Shown in pieces: positions 24,608-38,794 of a DNA stretch of 64,000 nt. Within the stretch, counting starts at the first letter, position 1; every line of letters starts with the position of its first letter. The DNA is from Neovahlkampfia damariscottae. Lineage: Eukaryota. The notes beneath the pieces were generated by a model. The model was not told the origin of the DNA, did not search any database, and saw only the letters and a program-made list of their open reading frames with translations. The translations under genes and the position numbers were made by a program. The stretch covers positions 1 to 64,000 of the forward strand of contig JABLTG010000026.1 of the NCBI GenBank assembly GCA_016618085.1, written 5' to 3'.

Positions 24608-25922
24608 ATGTTGAAGAAAAAGAATTTTGAAGGAAATGAATTCTTCATCTCTAATTCTAAAGGGCCTTTTAAAAATCAAATGTCATTTGTAATAACGATG
24701 GATGACGCAAATGTTGAAGAAAAGCAAACCAGTTGTTTTTTTGAAGAAAGTTTATCAAACTTACCTTCCAAAACAAAAGATAAAATTAAATTTTCAATTC
24801 TGAATAAAGAAGAAATACATTTAAGAAAAGAAAAAAAAGATGAAAATCAAATTATTTCTTCTGAAGAAATTTCGACCAAAAAAATCCAAATTGTCAAAAT
24901 TGAAATACCAAAAAGTGAAGAAGAAAATAATTTTATAGTAAATTCACTCAGGTCATATTATCAACTTTGGAAATCCAAATTAAGTTTAATGATTGTTGTT
25001 ACTTCAATTGGTGCATACTTTTCAATCGCTCAAAAATTAGATACCAAATCACTCTGGTTATCTTTAGGTACATTTTTACAATCTGGATCAGCAAATAGTT
25101 TAAATCAATTGTTTGAGATAGAAAGAGATAAAAAAATGAATAGAACAAAAAATAGACCACTTTGTTTAAATAAGATATCAAAAATACATACTATACTTCA
25201 AGCAATATTTTTTGGTGGACTTGGAACATATATTTTATATGATAAAACAAATACAACAACATCATTATTAGGTCTTGCAAATCTCTTCTTATATTCATTT
25301 GTTTATACACCTTCAAAAACAATGCATTGGATTAATACTTGGATTGGAACCATTAATGGTTCAATTCCACCTTTAATGGGAGCCACTGCTGCAGAATTAG
25401 ATGTTTTAGCACCAACTTCAATTTATATGTTTCTTTTTATGTATCTTTGGCAAATTGGTAACAATAGTTCATTTTTTTATTTTTTTTAAAAGTACATTTC
25501 ATGGCAATATCTTTTAAATGTAGAAAAGATTATGATGCTGCTGGTTATAAAATGTTAGGTGTTTCGGATCCTGAAGCATGTGCAAATCAAGCAATTGTTC
25601 ATTCAGCTCTATATTTTCCTTTATTCTTAAGTTTACCTTTGTACACAAATGTAATGATTTTCCTTATTTTAAAAAACAATAGGTTCCATCCTGGTTCATT
25701 GTTGGTAGTTGTGCTTTGACATATCATTATTTGTTCAAACCATCAATTGAATTTAGAAAAAATATTAATTCAAAAAATGCTATTATCCATGCAAATACTT
25801 TATTTTGGAATTCATTGAAACATTTGAGTATTTTATTTTTTGCTCAAGGAATTGCTTATAGCTGGGATAATGTTACTGAAAAGATTTCAAATTTTGGAGA
25901 TTGGATCAAAAGTTGGTTCTAA
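24608..25922 (+). CDS. COX10: Protoheme IX farnesyltransferase (heme O synthase)
   Basis: ANSLNQ.FE.ERDKKMNRTKNRPL, YSFVYTPSK, NTWIG..NGSIPPLMG, WQIVHFMAI, DYDAAGYKML. Confidence 0.95.
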
Positions 25923-26077
25923 ATGAAATGAAATCTGAAAATGGAGAAAAAATAAAATTTCTTTTTTTTTTTTGAATTCCAACATTATAATTAGCCAATC
26001 AAACCGTTATCCAATTAAAATTATTTCAGTTACAATTGTTGTTGGAGGTGAAGAAAACAATTGTTGCAAGAAAAAAA

Positions 26078-26605
26078 ATGGACATACAATACTTCAACAA
26101 TTATAATCAAACTAATATCGCTTCAAAGTACAAAAAACCTTCAGTACCTCTCAGATTTCGAAGAAAATTCAACATGTATCTCACTTCGTTGAAAATACCT
26201 CAAAATATTATTTTAGAATTCCAAAAGTATCCTTCTGAATATGGATCACATCCTTTTACACCTACTGATCACTATGTTCAAAAAATAAAAGAATCAAAAA
26301 ACGTGACAAAATTAGTTTTGCGCAAACAAAACTTTCCACTGGTCTCTGAACAAAATCAAAACGTATTAAACCCACAATCTGATTCAATTTCATTCACAAA
26401 GATCACTTTTGACGAATATTTATCGAAAGATGAAACTTTCTCAAATCAAAGTTTTAAAGGAGGAAGTTCAAAAGTTTTGAAAAGCATTTTTGAATTTTCA
26501 GAAGAAACCGCAAATCCAAAAAAGAAGAGAAAAAGAGATATGGAAATTGAAAATCCAATTGAAGATAACTTTTTTCAATTGAACAAAAAACTTCGTAGTT
26601 TGTAA
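26078..26605 (+). CDS. Hypothetical protein with NLS-like KKKRKR
   Basis: Uninterrupted ORF with CCAAT boxes upstream. Confidence 0.55.
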   Translation: MDIQYFNNYNQTNIASKYKKPSVPLRFRRKFNMYLTSLKIPQNIILEFQKYPSEYGSHPFTPTDHYVQKIKESKNVTKLVLRKQNFPLVSEQNQNVLNPQSDSISFTKITFDEYLSKDETFSNQSFKGGSSKVLKSIFEFSEETANPKKKRKRDMEIENPIEDNFFQLNKKLRSL

Positions 26606-26656
26606 ATAATTTTTCTCCTCCATGTTGACATATTACTTGATAATAAACAAATAAAT

Positions 26657-27102
26657 TTATTCTTCTAAGAATCCAATTTCTTTTACAAGACCATAATCAT
26701 CAAAAACCCAATAATTTGCATTGATCACTGTGAGTTCTTCTTCTTCCTCTTTTAAATTACAATAATATGCTAATACAAAAGTAATTTTACTATTAGTTTT
26801 TTTGATTTCTTTCCATTCAATTTTTACATTTTCAACATCATCTCGAAACATTTTGACCTTTTTTTGTAAAATTGATTTAGAAAAAAAAAAACAAAAAATA
26901 CAAATGTCTTGAACCCTTCAATTCCTGTGATATCAACTCTTGGTTCTTTCAAATGGAGTACAACGTCTGAGTTGACTAATTCATCAATAATATCAAAGTT
27001 CTCTTTTTCATGGACTTCAGTGAAATATTTCTTCAGATTATCTTCATTTCTATCAGAAAAATCAATGTCTAAAGTGATCTCTTTTTCAGCAAGTGTTGTC
27101 AT
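26657..27102 (-). CDS. SnoaL/NTF2-like fold protein
   Basis: KKYFTEV...NFDIIDELVNSDVVLH...GIEGFK, WVFDDYGLVKE; one intron. Confidence 0.7.
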
Positions 27103-27180
27103 CGAAAAAAATTGTAACGGTAAGTTTGAGTAAATCATTGGCGGTTTAAATTGACCAATAGAAAGTAACTATTAGAATTG

Positions 27181-28257
27181 ATGAGTTTGAGTGGTGAACG
27201 TTTGATTTAATTTGGTCTAATTAATTTTTTAGTTTTTCAAAAGTATTCAACTGTAAATGAAATTAATAAATGGAAAAAATATAAGTTTCTTTTGGAAGAG
27301 AATAAATTATCCAAGTTTAGTATGACTTCTGAGTTTATAGGATACATTGAAATTACTAATGATTTTCGAATTGTAGAGTTTGAAGAACCTAAAAAGTAAT
27401 AAAAAAAAAAAGATTAAAAATATTCCAAGTACTTTTGGTCTATTTTCTAATTCATTAAAGAAACCATTAGTACTTCAAGCAGAATATACAGAAGATAGAA
27501 TGGATTGGATGAAGAATTTAAATAATTTATTAAATAAAGAAAAAGAAGAAGAAAAGATAATTAAAAGAGAAAATGATGAAATATCAAAAATACCTATTCA
27601 AGAATATATTGGTAAAAGTGAAAAGTATTTATTTGAATTAAATACAAAATATAATAATTTAAAATTAAATTTAAATGATATTTGTAAAAGTTTAAATGAA
27701 AAACATAAAAATTGTTTAAAATTACAAGATGATGTATTTTATTATAAAAATGAAACTCATTCTTCTTTATTATTAAGAATATTAAAAAATGAAGAAACAT
27801 ATATTAAATTCTTACATTTTTGTATAACATTAAAATCAGAAGAAGCATGTAGTAAGTTTTATTTAATGTAGTATAAAATAATTAAAGTGTAACTAATAAT
27901 ATATTATATTTTAATATTCTTTAGGTTTTGGCATGAATCAGAAGACTTTAAGGTATTATATTATGGTCATTAAATCTATTATTATTATAGCAACATTCAA
28001 AATTTGATTCAAAAGAAAAAATAAAAAAAGAAGCCAATAGAATTTATAAGAAATATATAAAAAACAATAATAGTTCAACTGCATTAAATATTAATAAAAC
28101 ATTAATTGAAGAAGTTGAAAATAATTTAAATGAACCAAATCCAAATATGTTTGATCATTTACAAAATGAAATGATTTATTTAATGAAAGAAAATACTTGG
28201 AATTTATTTGTAAAATCAGAAATTGGTAGAGCTGTTATAAATAGTTTATATAATTAA
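27181..28257 (+). CDS. PH domain + RGS domain protein; model requires a 1-nt exon at 27888
   Basis: KWKKYKFLL...LQAEYTEDRMDWMKNL (PH); FLHFCITLKSEEACMFWHESEDFK...IYKKYI...LNI...MFD (RGS). Confidence 0.85.
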
Positions 28258-28477
28258 ATTTCATTCTTTCTTTTTTAAATATTTATCTTTTAAATATTTT
28301 AAATATTTTAAATGTTTTTCATCATTAAAATTCCAATTTGTACTTATTTTATTTTCTATTTTTAATTTTTTATTCTTTTCTTCTTCTTTTTCTTTTAGTG
28401 TGTTCACTTCATTCTCTTCTCGTTTTCTTTTCATTTAAAACTCCGACAAACCAATTAAAATCATTTTTAACTCCGAA

Positions 28478-29338
28478 ATGGTGTTGTCAGTATCAAACAA
28501 AGTTTTACCAGATGAAATTCTATACCATATATTTTTCTTTTTACCTATAAATGATATTAATAAATTTGAAAGAGTTTCAAAACAGTGGAAAGAATTATAT
28601 CCAAGTGAAAAGAAAAAAAAAAATGGAAAAAAAAAGGAAGGAAAAGATTTATGGGAAATTATTAGTAGTGAACAATTTACACATCAATTTATGAGAAGGA
28701 AAACATATCCTTCAAAAATTGATACACATAGATTTTGTATTTATCAATTTAGAAGTTATTTAGTGAATGAAACAAAATATTGTGAAAGAATTTTGAGAAG
28801 TTTAGAATATGAATTTGAAAAAGAAAGATCATTTTCTGATGTATGTGTTGTTCATCCACATTTATTTCATCAATATATTCAAGTAAAATTATAAAACAAA
28901 AATATTTAAATTTAGATTTTTAAAATTGATAAATATTATGATGAAATGGAATTATTTGATCATTATTTTTCAATTTATGGTTTAAATTTAAAAAATTATA
29001 ATTTTAAATCTTATGAAAATGATAAAAAATTAAAAGTATTAATTAAATTGAATGAAAAATATGTTTCGAAAGATAGAAAAGAGAATGAAAAGATGTTGAT
29101 CAAAAAAATGAATGAAATAATACAAAAAAAATTTAGTGGATGGATATCAAAATATTATCAAAAAATTAAACAAAATAACTTTTCTTTTTATTCAAAAAAA
29201 GAAATTGAAATTCAATATTTAGATGAAGGATTTACAAGATTAAATTATCTCAGAAATGCAAATAGTTTTCTTGAAAGAAGATCAATTTATTGTTTAGAAT
29301 CACAGAACGAGTTAACCAAACAAGATTTAACAATGTAA
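28478..29338 (+). CDS. F-box protein
   Basis: LPDEILYHIFFFLP...VSKQW; one intron. Confidence 0.85.
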
Positions 29339-29354
29339 TTTATAAATTCATTCT

Positions 29355-33169
<3,815 letters not shown>

Positions 33170-33331
33170 TCAAAAATTGAACTCTGTTGATTGGATGGTA
33201 TGAACCAATTAAATGACATTGTACAAAAAAAAATGTGATTTTTGAGAGGAAATTTTAATTCCATGTTTCTGTTGAATTTTACCTTGAATTCACGTTTAAG
33301 CATTGCTAAACAAAATAAAAAAGAAAATCAT

Positions 33332-33578
33332 TCAATAATTCCATTTAAGACCTACAAATGAGTTAAAAAAATACAAATGTATACCATCAGATATACTAAC
33401 AAAAACTATACCAAATCCGATCCAGTACCTTCAAGTTATTCATGAATTATTATTTATCTTTTTTTTACGGTGTGAGAATAAGTCTCCTGAGAGAATATCT
33501 ATGGTGAAAAATGGAAGCAAGTTTTCCATTCTTTTTGCCAAGTTCTTTTTTTAAGCTGAACTGTTTTCTGTTGAACAT
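33332..33578 (-). CDS. Small (~57 aa) basic single-TM protein, possibly mitochondrial; absent from the ORF track
   Basis: Two canonical introns give MFNRKQFSLKKELGKKNGKLASIFHHRYSLRRLILTPYWIGFGIVFVSISDGLKWNY. Confidence 0.55.
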
Positions 33579-33615
33579 TATTGTTGCCGTTTGGTTACAA
33601 AATTTATCCAATAGA

Positions 33616-34085
33616 ATGTCAGAAAAATCTCAACAACAAATTGAATACATCAAACTTTTAGAAAATAAATCAAAGTAAAATTAAGAACAAAATCACTGAA
33701 ATAAATAGGATGTTAGCAGAGAGTTACACAAACTTAACAGGTAAGTAAAAAAATACATTCAAAAATAAGGTTCTTTGACCACTGGAATTGGTGCAGTAAT
33801 TAAATATTATCTTAACAAGTAGTTGACTGGTATAACTGTACAACATTTAGAAGTATACAAAAGATCTAGTGAAGAATTATCTCAAGAAATTGATCAAAAT
33901 ATAAAATTAATGGAAACTTTCATAAATAAATGTGATATCTTGGATGAAAAATTAGATGATATTGTATTTTTATCAAATGAAATGTAATACTAATATTATA
34001 TCATTTTTATATTGTTTTTGATAGAAAGGATTTAAAGAAATTAGTAACAGTTTTGAGTGAGAATTTGAAAGAAGAAAAGAAATAA
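33616..34085 (+). CDS. BORCS6: BLOC-1-related complex subunit 6-like; absent from the ORF track
   Basis: Four introns give LTGSLTTGIGALTGITVQHLEVYKRSSEELSQEIDQNIKLMETFINKCDILDEKL, matching the BORCS6 helical pattern. Confidence 0.75.
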
Positions 34086-34092
34086 ATATTTA

Positions 34093-34741
34093 TTATTCAC
34101 TAAGAATTCTAATTTTTAATTGACTTCCTTTCCAATTTTCTTTCCCTTCTTCAAGTTCAAACCAATCTATTTTCCATTAAAAAAAAAACAAAGTCTTCTA
34201 TTTACCTGTTGATGTATAATTTCTTTCAATATCTTTTAATATAACTTTTCCAACTAATTCATCAGATACATTTATTTGTATTGTCACTTTTTTTAATTTT
34301 TCATATTGAAAATCAAAATATTCTACACCTGACTCAAATTTATATCTTTCAACTCTTAAAGGAGAACCTTCAGGTAAATCTTCATTTATTGGTATCTTTT
34401 TTGCTTTAAACCTTGTTAATTGAGTTTTTGTTGTTTCTCTCTTACTTTTTATTTCTTGAAATAAAAGAAGGATCAAAAGAAATTGAACATTGAACATTAT
34501 AATTTTTTGTATTCTTTTCTTCATTTGGTTCAAATTCTATGACCCAAATACCCAATCTAATTCAATTTTAGTAGAAAAAAAGAAATAAGTACTTATAGTT
34601 TTTTATTTTTAATAAATTAATTTCTTCTTTTGGTAGACTAAATCTTTTGACTAATATACCAGGTTTTAATTCTTCAATTTTCATAGGATCATCTGAATTT
34701 GAAAAATCAATTACCTCTGCAACTGAGTTGGATTCAAACAT
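34093..34741 (-). CDS. C2-like beta-sandwich protein, tandem paralog A
   Basis: Shares EELKPG/GELKTG, YKLGIWV, VEYFDF and a terminal SE* with the neighbouring gene; three introns. Confidence 0.6.
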
Positions 34742-34831
34742 TTTCAAAGTGTGATTCTATTGGATAAAACTATTTTCAAATGAAATCGCATAATAATAAT
34801 TTAATATTTATATTCAAAAATATATTCTCGT

Positions 34832-35386
34832 TTATTCACTAATCAAAGTAATTTTAATATTTGCTGATTTGCATGGTGATTTTTCTTCTAATTTTACATT
34901 GTACCAACGTGTAGTTGTGCTAAATCTTTGAATTTCAGTCATAGGAATTTGAATAGTTCCATAGTTATCTTGTGAATCTGATAATATTATGAACAGTGTT
35001 TTTACCATTGCTCTTTTAAACTGAAAATATTCAACGTCTGAATCTTTGAATTCCCAATATTTTGAATTCTCTTTGAATTAAATTAATTATTTGGGTTTGG
35101 TCAAACCTTTTTTCTTTAATATACCTTTGATTTTATTTGATCCAGTTTTATTAATAGAAGGTCTAAACTTTATTTCATAGTTACAAGTAAAATTATTCTT
35201 TTTTAATACAGTTTCTATTCCATGTACCCAAATACCTAATTGATATGATAGTTCTTCAGTTAAATCAATTTGTTCAACTGTTGTAGTCATACCAGTTTTA
35301 AGTTCACCAGTCTTTATTCTTTTAGTTGAAACAGGAATATCATCTTCCATAATAGTTTCATCTGCTTGATTAAAAGAACTGAACAT
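34832..35386 (-). CDS. C2-like beta-sandwich protein, tandem paralog B
   Basis: YQLGIWV, VEYFQF, YGTIQIPM, RWYNV, terminal SE*; one intron. Confidence 0.6.
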
Positions 35387-35469
35387 TTCTTGTATTGTTA
35401 TTCTTCACTAAAATAAAATCCAAATAATTTGACCAATTAAATTGTCCAAAGAAATTAACCAACATTTTG

Positions 35470-36347
35470 ATGAAGCGTTTTTATTCAACTTCTTCAATTT
35501 TTTCTGGACCAGCAGTGAAACACTTATTTTTACAATACCCAAATATTAACCCAAAATTAATTACTTCAACTGGAAAGAATGGAAGAATAACAAAAACTGA
35601 TTTTTTAAGTTATTTAGAAAAGAATCCAAATAGTGGTGAAAAAGAAAAAAAAAACAATAAAATAAATACACCTTTAACAATTAAGAAATCTAATGGTGAA
35701 AGATATAAAGATTTACCAAATACTTCAAATTTAAGTTTTAAAAAGAATGAAGTAGCTCATTTTTATGTTCAACTTGAATGTCGAGTTGATAATTTAAAAG
35801 AAATGAAATATACTAAAGAAGATATTATTACTACTATGATTGTTAAAACATTACAAAATCATCCAAATTGTAACGTAAAAAAGAGTAAGAAAAAGAGTTT
35901 ATTAATCATTTTTTTAAAAAAATAGTATCTAATAATGAATATCAAATAAAAAAAGAAATTGATATTAAATTTGATACAAAAGATAAACAAGGTGTATTAA
36001 AGAATGCACATAGATTTGGAATTGAACAAATATCAAATACAAAATTATTAGATAATACAATACAAGATAATGGAACAATAATGTAAAATAAAAAAATATA
36101 AAATATTAAAATATATATTAGTATTACTAATCAACAAATAAATATGATACCAATATTAAATAATTCTTATTCAATGATTATTAATTTTGGAAAAGAAAAA
36201 GATAAATTAACATTAATTGAAAAAGAAATTAAATTTGAAAAGTATTTAACTTTAAACATTTCTTGTAATCAACAATTAATTGATGGTATTGATATTGGTA
36301 ATTTTTGTAAAGAATTAAAAGAAAAATTAAAATTAATATCAAAATAA
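35470..36347 (+). CDS. Pyruvate dehydrogenase E3-binding protein (PDHX-like) lacking a lipoyl domain
   Basis: Presequence MKRFYSTSS, E3-binding GPAVKHL...TGKNGRITKTD, acyltransferase-like C-terminus with NQQLIDG in place of DHRxxDG. Confidence 0.75.
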
Positions 36348-36362
36348 TAAACAACACACATA

Positions 36363-36971
36363 TTATAATACTTTTTTATTTTCAATTTCATTTTTTGTTT
36401 CATTTTGTAAATTAATTAATAATTTATTCAAATTTTCATCAAAATCATATTGCATTGGAATTGAATCATCATTATCATTTTCTTTTACTTCATCATAATT
36501 CTTTAAATAGTATTTACCATTTTCAGTTGAATATTCTTCTTTAATCTCTTTAAAGGTTTGATTTAATAAATTTAAACTATTATTTAATCTTGATGATATA
36601 GTATCATATAATGAAGGTGATTGATAAACTGTACCACCAATAATATAAAATATTTTTAATATTTTATTTTTTCCATGCTTTTGATCTTTTTATTAATAAA
36701 AAATCTTTAAATTTATCTTACTTATTATAAATAAATCAGGGTCTCTTGATTGATTTATATTAATATCATAATGCATTCCTTGATGATATAATTTAGCTGT
36801 ATCTATTCTTCGATGATTCATTTTTGATATTTCATTAGCTGAATGTTTTTCATAAAATGGATTAGATATTTGACAAAAATAGTCTAATGCTGTATTTATA
36901 TTTAATCCATTAGTTTGAATAAAATAATCATCACGCCAACTTGTTGTTGCTAATTTATAACTATTCTCCAT
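36363..36971 (-). CDS. MED6: Mediator subunit 6
   Basis: SWRD, ALDYFCQISNPFY, FYIIGGTVYQSPSLY..ISSRL. Confidence 0.92.
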
Positions 36972-37108
36972 TGATTTATAATTTATTAGGTAATACTAGT
37001 AATAATAGTGGTTTAGTTTTGGATTTAAAGTTGGTTTGTTAGAAGAATAATGAACCAATAAAAAAGTAAAGATTTTATTTTTTTTTTTTTTTTTTTTTTT
37101 CAAAACAT

Positions 37109-38677
37109 TTATTGTAATTGTAATTTACCATTTTTATCCATTAAAGCAAGTTTACCTGTAGATAAGAATGAATCTTCATCAAAATTTTCTTGAAGCATAC
37201 CAATATCTCTCCAAACTTTTGGTGTAACAGTTGGTCCTTTTGCTTTTAACCATCCATTTGTATCTGATTCTAAAATTTTACCATCTTTTGGTCTGATAAT
37301 TTTACATTCAACATTTGGAATGACTTTATCATTTACTTGTAAAATACCACATGTTTCATTTGTACCACTAACTTGATAAACTTGTGCATTAAATTTAGTT
37401 TTTAAATCATTAATAAGATCAATAGATGCATTTGAATCAATAACAAGTGAACGTAAAGATCCAAAATCATATTTTGTTAAATCTGGATGATTTAATAATT
37501 GTTTAAATTCATTAGTTTCACCAAATAATACATTAATTTGATCTTGTGATGTATGTTTAAGTACTTCTTGTGCATTAAATTCTTCACATGGTAATGTTAA
37601 AGTTGCTAAAAAGAAAGAAATAATTAATATGACTACATTATTTTTTACCTCCATGAACTAATGATGTAAAATTACCAAGAATTGAAGCAAATGGTGAATA
37701 TTGATTACTTGGTACCATAACTCTATCATTTTGTGTAATTTGTAATATTTCACCTAATATTTTACCACAATTGAGTAAATTTTGATGTGAATAAACTACA
37801 GGCTAATTTTAAACTTTAAATTTAATATTTGTTTTTACTTTTGCTTTTTCAATATCATCTGAGTCTAACAAAATTAAAGCTGGATCTTGTGGTTTTATTT
37901 GTGGTGAAACACGACGTATTGGATTTTCATAAAATCCAAATGGACCATAAACAAAACTATCTTTATAAAGTGAAACACCACTTCTTGCATCAGAGTTTGC
38001 ATCTGTAAGTATAAAAGATTTACAAAATGGAAATCTTTTGCTTTTTACAGGAACACCTGTTTGACTTCTTGAGAGTTCAGGAACTAAATCATATAACATA
38101 TTCCAATAATTCACTTTTTTTAATTTTGAAGGTAACATAACTACTCTTGGACGAAATAATTCCATATATCGACTATAAAATATTTAATATTATAAAAATT
38201 TAAAACTTCATCTCTTTTTCATTTTTTATACCTCTAAATTCAACTAAAATTGCACCAATTTTTGCACAAGCTAACATGGTTACAACTTGTTCTGCATTAT
38301 TTCCTTGAATAAAACCTAATCTATCACCAGGTCTTAATCCATGTTCTAAAAGTCCACATGCTAAAGCATCAACATGTTTTTTTAAACTTAAATTTGACCA
38401 TAAAATTCTTTGATGAGTTGAACGTAAAATATTTGAATAAGGTGTATTTTTAGACTGTTTAAATTAATTATTTAAAAAAAAAAAATGTGAAACTTGAAGT
38501 GAAAAATAATTTCCAATTGTTTTATCAATAATTTCAACTTTTTCACCTTTCAAATAAGAAGGTTTTGAATATTCTCTTTAAAATTGAATTTAAAAATTAA
38601 AAATACCTTAATAATAAATATTCATTACTATTTTTGAATGATTTTGAAAATGTTTGAATAAAATTTTTTCTCAACAT
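37109..38677 (-). CDS. Mitochondrial acyl-CoA synthetase (ACSF2-like) homolog, degenerate and C-terminally truncated
   Basis: VDALACGLL..GLRPGDR, ACAKIGAILV, YSHQNLLN, GTNET, FLSTGKLA; P-loop replaced; five introns. Confidence 0.8.
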
Positions 38678-38794
38678 TCACCACTGAAAAATTAGCTGCA
38701 ATTGATTGGTTATCAAATTTCATTGGTCGATTAGCTCAGATATTTTGAGCCAAAACCGTTTGAACAAAAAATTGTTTCTTTAATTTTGTGATTA
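38678..38794. promoter_or_regulatory. Bidirectional promoter with paired ATTGG boxes
   Basis: GATTGGTT at 38704 and CATTGGTCGA at 38721, between divergent start codons. Confidence 0.7.
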
